Source: Pseudomonadota bacterium
GTDB taxonomy: Bacteria; Pseudomonadota; Alphaproteobacteria; Rickettsiales; SXRF01
Reading direction: 5' to 3'
Length of the DNA: 60,004 nucleotides
Assembly (NCBI GenBank): GCA_963205245.1
Contig: CAUJIB010000090.1
Span: forward strand, 1-60,004
Shown: in pieces, positions 9,373 to 19,800 of the stretch
Position numbering within the stretch: position 1 is the stretch's first letter
Layout: each line of letters begins with the position of its first letter
Program-made: the position numbers and the translations under genes
Notes under the pieces: generated by a model
The model's database searches: none
Seen by the model: only the letters and a program-made list of their open reading frames with translations
What the model was told of the DNA's origin: nothing

Positions 9373-10200
9373 TTATGTTAATATATCATATTCTTTAAGT
9401 GGCAATTTAGAATTTTTCATAACGTTTATAGCGGCTTCCAGATCGTTTGGGAATCTTTCTAAATTATATATTTTTAAGCTGGCATCACCATATATTTGCG
9501 AATTTGGTTCACACTGATTTTTTATACCATAATAGATAGCAGAAAGAATAGCGAGTATTACTTGCCGGACATCGGCATCAGCACCAGCTACCCTGTGTTC
9601 TATACGTTTGTTGTCATGTGCGGAATCTGGCAGGCGTAAAGCTACCGTTCGGTTATTCGCTCCCCAACTTACAGTAAGTGGAGCGTTACCCCCTTCTGTA
9701 AATCGTGAATATGATTCCTCATTGGGTGCGAATACTGGCATAGTTTCAGGCAACCATAGAAGAAGTCCTCCCAGTGAGTATTTTAGAGTATCACTTATTA
9801 TTTTATCATGCTTAAAAAACTGGTTTTTTCCTTGTTCATTTTCCAGATGGATATTGATGTGTAATCCGCTGCCAAAATCATTTTCTACAGGTTTTGCGGT
9901 AAAATTTGCCTGCATGGAATATTTGCCAGCTAAATCTGTAACGATAGTTTTTAATTCATTGCTATCAGATGCGGTTTTTTCCGGATCATTGCAAGTTGAT
10001 AGAGATATTTCATACTGTTCATTGCCACGCTCTTTTTCTATTTTGAAAATATCTATATTTTTATCTTTACAAATTTTCCTTATTCCATCCCAGAAAAAGG
10101 ATAAATCCTGTCCATGTGAACCAAATAGGTAGAATTCTATTTCACTGGCAGTTATTGCCCTCAGCCCAAAATCACGTAACAATCTATTAGATATCTCCAA
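9373..10200 (-). CDS. glutamine synthetase catalytic-domain-only protein (N-terminal domain absent; possibly a relic)
   Basis: 275 aa, TTG start abutting the stop of the upstream SPOR gene. GS landmarks EIEFYLF, AKPVENDFGSGLHINIHL, NRTVALRLP and RIEHRVAGADAD are present. The ~100-aa beta-grasp domain is missing and the protein is internally shorter. Confidence 0.6.
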   Translation of the reverse strand: MEISNRLLRDFGLRAITASEIEFYLFGSHGQDLSFFWDGIRKICKDKNIDIFKIEKERGNEQYEISLSTCNDPEKTASDSNELKTIVTDLAGKYSMQANFTAKPVENDFGSGLHINIHLENEQGKNQFFKHDKIISDTLKYSLGGLLLWLPETMPVFAPNEESYSRFTEGGNAPLTVSWGANNRTVALRLPDSAHDNKRIEHRVAGADADVRQVILAILSAIYYGIKNQCEPNSQIYGDASLKIYNLERFPNDLEAAINVMKNSKLPLKEYDILT

Positions 10201-10983
10201 TTATTCACTCACCAAGATACAAGCTTGTCCTTTAGATGATAAGGTTTTGCATAGTGACTTAGCTGAATCTTTGCCAGAAAAGCCACCTACTCTCAAACGA
10301 TAAAAAGTACCCTTTCCTACTATATCGGCTCTTACAATAATTGGTGATTTTACAGATAATTCAGGAAATTTTTTCTGAATTTTTACCCAAACATCACGTG
10401 CTTCTTTATCAGAGCCATATGCTCCCAGCTGTATTTTTTGTCCGCTGGATTTTGCTTGTATTTTATCTTTTGCGGGTTCTATTTTTTTCTCTGTTTTAGT
10501 TTCTTTTAATTCTTTTTGTTCTACAGGTTTTTCTGCGGTTTTTATTTCAGCAGTTTTTTTATCATCAATCCCTGATGCTTCTATCTTTTGTACGTCAATA
10601 GTCTCTTCAGAGATTGCTTTATTTTCTATTTGGCTAGTTTTGTTTTTTTCAATGGTTTTTTCTGTTTCGGTATTGGTAACAATAGGTTCTTCAGGAGCAG
10701 GAAGTACGCGCTCAACTTTAGCTGGTTGCTGGTTGTTTGAGAATGTTTCAAAAATAGTTTTATCCTGATTTGGGAATTTCATTCCACCCGGATCTAGCGG
10801 TTTTTCTTTTACCGGAGTATCTTCAGCTTCAACTACTAGCAAATCTTCTTCTTTGACTGATTCTTTTCCTACTTGATATGAATACCAAGCTAGAGATACG
10901 AAGCCAGCTACTGCCACTAATAATAATATAGTTGGAAACCATTTTGACATTCCGCGTGAATCATCATCATTTTCACTAGTCAT
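10201..10983 (-). CDS. SPOR domain-containing protein
   Basis: 260 aa. N-terminal TM, E/K-rich linker and a C-terminal SPOR-like QLGAYGSDKEARDVW...YRLRVGGFSGKDSAKSLC. Confidence 0.8.
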   Translation of the reverse strand: MTSENDDDSRGMSKWFPTILLLVAVAGFVSLAWYSYQVGKESVKEEDLLVVEAEDTPVKEKPLDPGGMKFPNQDKTIFETFSNNQQPAKVERVLPAPEEPIVTNTETEKTIEKNKTSQIENKAISEETIDVQKIEASGIDDKKTAEIKTAEKPVEQKELKETKTEKKIEPAKDKIQAKSSGQKIQLGAYGSDKEARDVWVKIQKKFPELSVKSPIIVRADIVGKGTFYRLRVGGFSGKDSAKSLCKTLSSKGQACILVSE

Positions 10984-12737
10984 TACCGCATCTCCTCTGC
11001 TGGTTCTACTCCAAGTACCATAAGTCCGGAAGCTAACACAAATGATAGTGCATTTGCAAGTGCAACCCGTGCTGCGGTTAATTCAATATCATCTTTAATT
11101 ATAAAACGCAAATCTGTATCCCCATTCCCTTGATTCCAGAAGCTATGAAAAGCGGCGGCAAGATCTTGTAAATAAAAAGCGATGCGGTGCGGCTCAAGGG
11201 CAATTGCCGCTGATTCCACCATGCGCGGCCAGTTGCACATCAGGCGGATAAGTGCCAGTTCCTGCGGATGGGAAAGCTTTGCCAAAAGCTCTTTGCTGGG
11301 GTTGCCTGCGAGCCTTATCGCTTCCGGCATTTCTGCATTTACATTACGGCGGATAGAGCGGGTGCGGGCATGGGCGTATTGTACATAAAAAACAGGGTTA
11401 TCTTTAGACTGTTCGGTAACTTTAGTAAAATCAAAATCCAATGGCGCATCATTCTTGCGGGTAAGCATGATGAAACGGAATACGTCTTTCCCAACCTCGT
11501 CCACTACTTCACGAACAGTTACGAATGTCCCTGCCCGTTTTGACATTTTTGCCGGTTCGCCATTCCTTAGGAATTTTACCAGTTGGCACAGTTTTATATC
11601 AATCGCTACCTTATTATCAGAAAGTGCTCCTACGGCTGCTTTTAAGCGTTTCACATAACCACCGTGATCTGCGCCGAATACGTTAATCAACCAATCAAAT
11701 CCACGTTTGCACTTATCAAAGTGATAGGCAATGTCTGGTGCAAAATATGTCCAGCTGCCATCGGATTTTTTTACTGGCCTGTCGCAGTCATCACCAAATT
11801 GTGAAGACTTAAATAAAGTTTGCGGACGTGGCTCCCAATCATCGGGGGTTTTACCTTTCGGCGGTTCAAGAATGCCTTCATATAACATTCCTTTTTGGGC
11901 AAGAGCTGCTATTGCTTCATCTACTTTTCCTGCTTCGGTTAGTGCGCGCTCAGAAGTGAATACATCATGGGTAATGCCAATTACCGCGAGATCTTCTTTC
12001 ACCATTTCCATCACGGCTTCAATAGTGTAGCTACGAACTACTGGCAGCCATTCTTCACGGTCATAGCCAAGCAAAGCCCGATCATGGATGCTATGTAATG
12101 CTTCAGCGATAGGTATTAAATATTCTCCGGGATATAGACCTTCCGGAATAGCGGTTATTTCCTCGCCGCAAATTTGCCTATAACGGAGGAACACTGAGTC
12201 AGCGAGTTTATCTACCTGCGCGCCAGCATCATTGATGTAATATTCACGGGTAACATCATACCCGCTTTTAATGAGTAAAGTCGCCAGAGCGTCACCGAAC
12301 ACTGCCCCTCTCCCATGACCAACATGCATAGGACCCGTAGGGTTGGCGGATACATATTCCACATCTACTTTTTTGCCATGCCCGATATTGGAATTTCCAT
12401 AACCGCGTTCTTCTCTGATTATGTCATGTATGGCAGATTGCCAGACTCTGGGTGCAAGCGTCATATTGATAAAGCCCGCACCTGCGATTTCCACTTTGGA
12501 AATATCTTCCATCTTTTGTAATTTTTCTACGAATAAAGCAGCAATCTCTTTTGGGTTTTTACCGGTTTGTGCTGCAAGTACCATGCCCACGTTGGTTGCA
12601 ACATCGCCATGCGCTGTATCACGTGGTGGTGTTGCATCAATTTTATCTGTATTTAACGATTCAGGTAGTAATTTTTCATTTTGTAACTGCGTAAGAATAG
12701 TTCTTACGTCATTTTCAATGTTTCTAAATATATTCAT
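10983..12737 (-). CDS. argS: arginine--tRNA ligase
   Basis: 584 aa. Class I motifs SANPTGPMHVGHGR and KMSKR, with an ArgS-type C-terminal anticodon-binding region. Confidence 0.97.
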   Translation of the reverse strand: MNIFRNIENDVRTILTQLQNEKLLPESLNTDKIDATPPRDTAHGDVATNVGMVLAAQTGKNPKEIAALFVEKLQKMEDISKVEIAGAGFINMTLAPRVWQSAIHDIIREERGYGNSNIGHGKKVDVEYVSANPTGPMHVGHGRGAVFGDALATLLIKSGYDVTREYYINDAGAQVDKLADSVFLRYRQICGEEITAIPEGLYPGEYLIPIAEALHSIHDRALLGYDREEWLPVVRSYTIEAVMEMVKEDLAVIGITHDVFTSERALTEAGKVDEAIAALAQKGMLYEGILEPPKGKTPDDWEPRPQTLFKSSQFGDDCDRPVKKSDGSWTYFAPDIAYHFDKCKRGFDWLINVFGADHGGYVKRLKAAVGALSDNKVAIDIKLCQLVKFLRNGEPAKMSKRAGTFVTVREVVDEVGKDVFRFIMLTRKNDAPLDFDFTKVTEQSKDNPVFYVQYAHARTRSIRRNVNAEMPEAIRLAGNPSKELLAKLSHPQELALIRLMCNWPRMVESAAIALEPHRIAFYLQDLAAAFHSFWNQGNGDTDLRFIIKDDIELTAARVALANALSFVLASGLMVLGVEPAEEMR

Positions 12738-12776
12738 TTTATTTCCAGAATTAATTATTAAAATACGCCAAGTATA

Positions 12777-13262
12777 CTACAGATATTCTTTACGAATAAA
12801 ACCGATTTTTTGTAGGAACCATTCCAGTATTTTTACCATTACCACATAAAAATAGCCAACAGGTATAGAAAGTAGGGATAAAACCAGTGCCATGGCTATT
12901 AAATCTACACTAGGCAATAAAAAATTAGCCATCATATGTGCTAATATAAAGCCAATTCCATAGAAAGGAGCAAAAGATATAGGGGTGGTAAAGCTTATTT
13001 TTCCAAGCATCAGTGTGTTTACTCCCCTGTATTTATAGAGAGTCCAAAGGGCAAAAACTATATATTGTAAAACACCAAATAATACCAAATATAAAAATAC
13101 AGGAAACTTAGTATTTCCCATGAATTTCCTGTCAACTGGATATATACCTAAACCCCAAAGAAACAGCGGTATAATTACGGGAAGCCATAGTGCAACATAG
13201 TAGAATTGCATCAGGCTGATGGTGTAGTTTTTGGGAAAAATATTTTTTTTCTTATTTTTCAT
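12777..13262 (-). CDS. hypothetical integral membrane protein
   Basis: 161 aa with four to five hydrophobic helices. No motif recognised. Confidence 0.5.
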   Translation of the reverse strand: MKNKKKNIFPKNYTISLMQFYYVALWLPVIIPLFLWGLGIYPVDRKFMGNTKFPVFLYLVLFGVLQYIVFALWTLYKYRGVNTLMLGKISFTTPISFAPFYGIGFILAHMMANFLLPSVDLIAMALVLSLLSIPVGYFYVVMVKILEWFLQKIGFIRKEYL

Positions 13263-13267
13263 AATTT

Positions 13268-13699
13268 TTATTGTCCGGAGTTTTCTTTGTTTTTTCTTTG
13301 GAACTGTTGGGTGGCAATTTCGTCCAGCATCAAGGTTTCCTTACGGTTGGCGGCATCTCTTGCTCTTATTTTAGCGTTCTCTTTAGCTATTTCATATTTT
13401 TTTAATTCCGTGAAAGCTTCAAAAATTTCTTTGTTTAGTTCTGCAATTTTATGGTCTATAGTCCCAATTTCATGCTGTATATTTTCCTGACGGATTTTAA
13501 TGCGTTTGGCGAATTCTCCAAAAAAATTAGCCATTTCCGGCTGTTTTGCAGCCAGTTTTACTTCGTTATCCAACTCAATTTGTAAATTTTTTATTGCCTG
13601 TTGTAATTGAGCTTTCTGATTTTCCAGCTCACCCATCCGGCGGCGCAGCCCATCAAGGGTACGTTTATGCAGGCGAATGAGTGTGTCTAAGGTTTTCAT
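13268..13699 (-). CDS. fliJ: flagellar export protein FliJ
   Basis: 143-aa coiled-coil protein directly downstream of fliI. The FliJ-like ending is ..KKYEIAKEN...DEIATQQF. Confidence 0.75.
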   Translation of the reverse strand: MKTLDTLIRLHKRTLDGLRRRMGELENQKAQLQQAIKNLQIELDNEVKLAAKQPEMANFFGEFAKRIKIRQENIQHEIGTIDHKIAELNKEIFEAFTELKKYEIAKENAKIRARDAANRKETLMLDEIATQQFQRKNKENSGQ

Positions 13700-13706
13700 T
13701 GGTTAT

Positions 13707-15053
13707 TTATTTTTTAGTTTCACGCCAGTTATTGATGCCAAGGAGTTTTGCCAGTTGATCATATCCTTCATCTAGGGTGGTTTTTTCATCTTTGCGCTGG
13801 CGCAAAAACTCTTCTAATGCCGGATAATATTTTATAGCTTGGTCAACTTCAGGGTCTGATCCTTTGCGGTAAGCACCCAGCCTTATCATTTCTGCCATAT
13901 CATCATAAGTAGAAAGCAGACGGCGGGCGACCTGCACCAGTGCATTTTCCTGTTCGCTATTACAATCCGGCATGGTACGAGATACGCTTTTTAAGATACT
14001 TATAGCGGGAAAACGCCCGCGTTGGGCAATGGTACGATCCAAAATAATATGGCCGTCCAAAATCCCGCGTACTGTGTCAGAGACAGGCTCGTTAGTGTCA
14101 TCGCCTTCTACTAACACTGTGAATAGCCCTGTAATGCTGCCCTGCCCAGCCTTTCCCGGCCCTGCCCGCTCTAGAAGTTTTGGCAGTTCGGCAAATACTG
14201 TTGGTGTATAGCCCTTGCTGGTTGGTGGTTCTCCTGCGGATAGCCCGATTTCGCGCTGTGCCATAGCAAAGCGGGTAACGCTATCCATCAGGCATAAAAC
14301 ATCCCTTCCGGTATCGCGGAAATATTCGGAAACTGACATGGTAAGATAGGCAGATTGCCTGCGTAAAAGCGCATATTCGCTGGAAGTGGCGCAGATTATA
14401 ACCGAACGTTTTAGTCCCTCTTCCCCTAAATCATCTTCAATAAATTCCTGTAATTCTCTGGAACGTTCGCCGATTAAGCCGATTACGTTAATATCTGCCT
14501 GCGAGTTACGTGCCAGCATGGACATTAGAATAGATTTTCCTACGCCTGAACCTGCGAAAATCCCCATTCTTTGCCCGCGACAACAGGAAAGAAAAGTATT
14601 CATGGCGCGTACACCCATATTTAATTTGCCTTTTACCCGAACCCTTTCATGTGCAGAAGGGGCTTCGGCGCGCAACTGGTAAGGTTTTAACCCTCTTGCC
14701 AGAGGGCCTTTACCATCCATCGGTTCACCCATGGCGTTTATAACCCGTCCTAACCAAGCATCGCTGGGGTAACAGACGTTAGCATTTTCCTCTATTACAA
14801 CTTTTGCGCCTGGACCAATGCCTTCAATGCTGCCGAAAGGCATTAATAATACTCTGTTGTCTCGGAATCCGACTGCTTCTGCAGCAATCATGGGTTGTGC
14901 TCCTGCCAGTCCTTTTACACCTATTATACTACAGCGTGCGCCAACGCTAAGTAGGCGTTCAATGCCGGAGCATTCTATCAGCATACCAAGTACCGCGACG
15001 ACTGTACCTGTAACAGTAACTTCCTGTATATTTTCTATTTCTTCAAGTTGCAT
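13707..15053 (-). CDS. fliI: flagellum-specific ATPase FliI
   Basis: 448 aa. Walker A GSGVGKS and T3SS/F1-type ATPase core (LMDSVTRFAMAQREI). Confidence 0.95.
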   Translation of the reverse strand: MQLEEIENIQEVTVTGTVVAVLGMLIECSGIERLLSVGARCSIIGVKGLAGAQPMIAAEAVGFRDNRVLLMPFGSIEGIGPGAKVVIEENANVCYPSDAWLGRVINAMGEPMDGKGPLARGLKPYQLRAEAPSAHERVRVKGKLNMGVRAMNTFLSCCRGQRMGIFAGSGVGKSILMSMLARNSQADINVIGLIGERSRELQEFIEDDLGEEGLKRSVIICATSSEYALLRRQSAYLTMSVSEYFRDTGRDVLCLMDSVTRFAMAQREIGLSAGEPPTSKGYTPTVFAELPKLLERAGPGKAGQGSITGLFTVLVEGDDTNEPVSDTVRGILDGHIILDRTIAQRGRFPAISILKSVSRTMPDCNSEQENALVQVARRLLSTYDDMAEMIRLGAYRKGSDPEVDQAIKYYPALEEFLRQRKDEKTTLDEGYDQLAKLLGINNWRETKK

Positions 15054-15194
15054 ATTGTTTTATTAATCTTTCCTAATTGACATGGTGATTTTATTATCAT
15101 ACAAAAAGATTCGTTATATTTTGATTATATAGCTTATACAGAATTTTTGTTAAAAAGTTACAGAATAAATATTGTGTAAATGTTTTTTTTGTGC

Positions 15195-15209
15195 TTAACT
15201 AAAAGTTAA
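15195..15209. promoter_or_regulatory. candidate CtrA box (TTAA-N7-TTAA) upstream of ctrA
   Basis: ttaactaaaagttaa is a perfect half-site pair 48 bp upstream of the ctrA ATG, in the fliI/ctrA divergent region. Confidence 0.4.
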
Positions 15210-15256
15210 TTAATTAACAATTATTAATTCATATCTTTATTAAGGGGATCCATAAA

Positions 15257-15973
15257 ATGCGTGTATTATTGGTAGAAGATGACTCCTCAACAGCTAAAGC
15301 GATAGAGCTATCTTTAGCTTCTGAAGGCATTATTTGCGACACTACCCAGCTTGGCGAAGAAGGGTTGGAAATTGGCAAACTGTATGATTATGACATCATA
15401 ATCTTAGATCTTATGTTGCCGGATATTGATGGTTATGAAGTGCTTCGTCGTTTCCGTGCCGCCCGCGTTACCACCCCTATTCTAATTCTTTCAGGTCTTT
15501 CTGGTCCTGACCAAAAGATTAAAGGTCTTGGTTATGGTGCTGATGACTATCTTACCAAACCTTTTAACAAAGGTGAGCTTATTGCGCGTATTCAAGCAAT
15601 TGTCCGCCGTTCTAAAGGTCATTCCGAATCAATTATCCGCACTGGTAAACTATCAGTTAACCTTGATACACGTTCAATTGAGGTTGATGGTAAGCCACTT
15701 CATTTAACCAGCAAAGAATACAGCATCCTTGAGCTCCTTTCCCTGCGTAAAGGCACTACCCTTACCAAAGAAATGTTCTTAAACCATCTTTACGGTGGAA
15801 TTGATGAGCCGGAGCTTAAAATTATAGATGTATTTGTGTGCAAACTCCGTAAAAAGTTAGCAACTGCTGCTGGCGGTGAAAACTATATTGAAACCGTTTG
15901 GGGACGTGGCTATGTTCTAAAAGACCCAGAGCAAATGAGTGATTCTCAGCTCCATGCTAATGAAATGGCTTAA
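15257..15973 (+). CDS. ctrA: cell-cycle response regulator CtrA (OmpR family)
   Basis: 238 aa. MRVLLVEDD...[20 protein letters not shown] receiver domain plus a winged-helix output domain. The overall pattern matches alphaproteobacterial CtrA. Confidence 0.9.
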   Translation: MRVLLVEDDSSTAKAIELSLASEGIICDTTQLGEEGLEIGKLYDYDIIILDLMLPDIDGYEVLRRFRAARVTTPILILSGLSGPDQKIKGLGYGADDYLTKPFNKGELIARIQAIVRRSKGHSESIIRTGKLSVNLDTRSIEVDGKPLHLTSKEYSILELLSLRKGTTLTKEMFLNHLYGGIDEPELKIIDVFVCKLRKKLATAAGGENYIETVWGRGYVLKDPEQMSDSQLHANEMA

Positions 15974-15999
15974 TAACCATTAAATCGGTGATTAAAAAA

Positions 16000-16033
16000 G
16001 CCAGCCTATTAATAGGCTGGCTTTTTGTTTTTT
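16000..16033 (+). terminator. rho-independent terminator after ctrA (A-tract upstream makes it potentially bidirectional)
   Basis: gccagcct-attaat-aggctggc is a perfect 8-bp stem followed by tttttgtttttt. Confidence 0.8.
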
Positions 16034-16142
16034 ATCAAATGGATATATGTGTGAGTAGTATCCCAATTTACTAATATATGTTTTGTAATAAAAGTATAAT
16101 ATTTAATATATTGTTAAAATTACAGCAAAATAAAGAGATTTT

Positions 16143-16685
16143 ATGGCTGAACTAGCGGAAAACAATCTACAACATAGTATAGAGCGGCTAAATACCAATA
16201 TTGAGCAATTAACAAAAGTGGTTGCTGAAGGTAAAGGCCTATCTGAAAAAAATAACGAGCATAAAGATGATGCTGGGAAAAATACCTTCCGTGTTGCAGT
16301 AACTGGTGCTCTTGCCCTTATGGGCTTTAAGCTTGGTGGTCTTATTGGGGCGAAGTTAGGTTTTCTCTATAATATAATGAAAGATTCTCCTTTTAGTAAA
16401 GTTGAAGATGTGAGTGCCAAGTCTTTAGAGTCATCATTATCAGGGCAGATGAAGCATATCGGTATTGGTGGATTAATAGGCGGTGCAATGGGAGCTGTTG
16501 TACTAGGTATAATCGGTTGGACAAGAGGGAACAGGATTAAAGACCCAGGTGATTTACTAAAGCATCCATTTGAATCTTTAGGAAAAATTTTTGGTGAAGA
16601 ACCAAAGAAAGATAATAATATAAAATCAGGCAGACTCTTCACAAAATGCGAAAGAAAATACCCCTGTAAAAAGTCAAGGCAATAG
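16143..16685 (+). CDS. orphan Gly-zipper membrane protein
   Basis: 180 aa. GALALMGFKLGGLIGAKLG and IGIGGLIGGAMGAVVLGIIG. The 3' end may be frameshifted (see findings). Confidence 0.55.
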   Translation: MAELAENNLQHSIERLNTNIEQLTKVVAEGKGLSEKNNEHKDDAGKNTFRVAVTGALALMGFKLGGLIGAKLGFLYNIMKDSPFSKVEDVSAKSLESSLSGQMKHIGIGGLIGGAMGAVVLGIIGWTRGNRIKDPGDLLKHPFESLGKIFGEEPKKDNNIKSGRLFTKCERKYPCKKSRQ

Positions 16686-16800
16686 AGAAAATAGCTATGT
16701 CAGAAAATTAGACGCAGAAAAGAATCAGCAAAAAGCAATGCAGCCGTAGTGTATCCATAACATATGCGATGTCCCTGCCATCTGCCATCCGCGTCCAGAG

Positions 16801-19800
16801 TTAGCCATGTATTTTATGGTGTAGTTTTGTACCTTTTCTGTATTTAATAAAATTGCGTAACCCAACATAAAATACAGGTGTCAGGAATAAACCAAAAAAT
16901 GTAACTCCTAGCATCCCTGAAAATACGGCAACCCCCATAGCATAACGCATTTCTGCACCTGCTCCATGGGATGTAACAAGCGGCATTACCCCCATTATGA
17001 AAGCGAATGATGTCATAAGGATTGGGCGTAGCCGCAGGTGAGTTGCCTCAACTGCTGCTTCAAATGGGGTTTTGCCACTATGTTCTAATTCTTTGGCAAA
17101 TTCTACGATCAGGATAGCGTTTTTACAGGCGAGTCCGACCAACACTATCAGCCCGATTTGTGTAAATATATTATTGTCACTACCGGTTAACCATACACCA
17201 GCAATAGCGCATAATAAGCACATTGGAACAATAAGTATAATAGCTAATGGTAGAACTAAGCTTTCATATTGCGCTGCTAAAACTAAGAACACTAAAAGTA
17301 CGCATAATGGGAATATTAATATAGAAGTATTTCCCGCCAGAATTTGCTGATAACTTAGATCTGTCCATTCATAACCCATACCTTTAGGTAGAGTGTTTTC
17401 AATAATTTTCTTAATTTCTTCTTGTGCTTGCCCATTAGAAAACCCTTTGGCTGGTGCGCTATTTATATCTGCCGAGCGGTAGGAATTATAGCGCATTGAC
17501 CTCTCGGGTCCGTAGCTCTGTTTTACAGTAAGTACACTACCTAATGGAACCATTTCTCCGGCAAGGTTACGTACCTTAAGTTTTGCTATATCTTCTGCAT
17601 GTGAACGAAACGGAGCATCTGCTTGCGCTATCACCTGATAGGTGCGTCCAAATTTGTTGAAATCATTGATATAAAGTGATCCGAGGTAAATCTGCATAGT
17701 ACTGAAAATATCAGTGATAGGTATGCCGAGCTGTTTAGCTTTCGTACGGTCTAGTTCTACGGCGAGCTGAGGAACATTTATCTGGTAACCGCTATAAGTT
17801 TGATGAGGGTCAAGAACGTGGTTCTGGTAGGCTTGACCTAAAATAGCATCTTTTATGTTAGCCAAGGCTTCTTCGCCCAAATCAACGCGATCCTCAAGTT
17901 GTAATTTGAACCCTCCTGAAGTACCTAGCCCACGCACTGGAGGCGGTGGTAAAACCAGCACGAACGCGTCTTTAATCGCACCAAATTGCATATTAACAGA
18001 TTGTGATATATTCGCTGCAGATAATTCTTTACTGCGCCTTTCTTCAAAAGGTTTTAACGGTAAAAATACAATTCCTGCGCTAGAGCTGTTGGTAAAACCA
18101 TTGATTGATAACCCTGGAAAAGAAACCGCATGAGCAATACCTTCATTTTTTAATGCGATTTCTGTCATTTGTTTTAGCACTTCTTCGGTACGGTTTAATG
18201 ATGATCCATCAGGAAGCTGAGCAAAACCAATCAGATATTGTTTATCTTGTGCCGGAATATAACCGGTAGGAACTTTATAAAAACCAAATAAGGTAAGTGC
18301 TACAAGTAGTAAATATATAGAAAATGCTAGTTTTTTATGTCCTAATATTTTACGAACTTGTCCTGAATAACTTTCAGAGCTTTTTTTGAAAAAGCGGTTA
18401 AACCCATCAAAAAACCATCCTAATTTCGTTTCCATGGTTCTGGTTAGCCAATCTTGCGGTTCATCATGGCCTTTTAGCAAGATGGCCGCCATGGCAGGCG
18501 AAAGTGTAAGGGAATTGAAAGCGGAAATGATTGTAGAAATAGCTATAGTAAGAGCAAATTGTCGGTAAAATTCTCCTGTCAGGCCGCTAATAAAAGCAAT
18601 TGGTACAAACACAGCTGTAAGAGTAAGGGCGATTGCTATAATCGGCTCACTAACTTCTTGCATGGCTTGGTAGGTAGCTTCTTTAGGAGAAAGACCTGAC
18701 TCTATGTTGCGTTCTACATTTTCTACTACAACAATAGCATCATCTACTACAATACCAATAGCAAGTACTAACCCAAATAAAGTAAGTGCATTTATGGAAA
18801 ACCCGATAAACATTAAAAAAGCAAATGTTCCTACTATAGAAACTGGAACTGCTAATAGTGGAATAATAGAAGCCCGCCAAGTTTGTAGAAATAATATTAC
18901 TACTAATACTACCAGTGCTACGGCTTCCAGTAATGTATAAATTACGGCTTTGATAGAGCTGCGTACGAATATGGTTGGGTCATAAACAATTGTATAATCA
19001 AGACCTTCTGGAAAATCTTTTTTTAGCTCTTCCATGGTTTTACGTACATTATCTGATATTTCAAGGGCATTAGAATTAGGAGCTTGAAAAACTGCAAGTG
19101 CAACAGCAGATTTATTATTCAAAAAAGATTTCATGGAGTATTGAGCACTGCCTAGTTCAATTCTTGCGACATCTTTAAGGCGGGTTATAGCCCCGTTTGG
19201 ATCAGTTTTGATAATTATATCGGAAAACTCTTCTTCGCTCTGCAAACGACCTTGGGTGTTGATATTTAATTGCAGGTCAATTCCTTCAGGTGTGGGAGAA
19301 GAGCCGATTACCCCTGCCGCCACCTGTACGTTTTGTTCGCGTATCGCATTAACAACCGTTTGTGCGCTCAAGCCGCGGGCAGCTATTTTATCGGGATCAA
19401 GCCAAACTCGCATAGCATAATCACTACTACCGAAAACTCTAACCGTACCAATGCCAGATAGGCGTTGAAGATGGTCTTTGATATTGATGGTGGCATAGTT
19501 ACTCAGATATAAATCGTCATATTTATTTTCAGGGGATATGACATGCACAACCATTGTTAAGTCGGCAGAGCTTTTAACGGTGGTAACACCAAATTGTTTA
19601 ACAATATCAGGAAGTCGTGGCAGTGCTTGGTTTACGCGGTTTTGTACCAATTGTTGAGCTTTATCCGGATCAGAGCCTATTTTGAATGTTATAGTAAGTG
19701 CAAGGCGTCCATCTGCCGTACTTTGCGAAGCCATATAAATCATGTCTTCAACACCGTTGATCTGCTCTTCAAGCGGGGCAGCTACAGTTTCTGCTATAAC

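Noticed and set aside
9608-10132. 174-aa ORF antisense to the GS-like gene
   Set aside because: This is a shadow ORF of the opposite-strand gene that carries clear GS motifs. Its composition is Cys/Ser/Pro-rich and not protein-like.
15108-15112. GANTC (CcrM methylation site) in the ctrA promoter region
   Set aside because: A degenerate 5-mer is expected by chance in any 200-bp region, so it carries no evidential weight alone.
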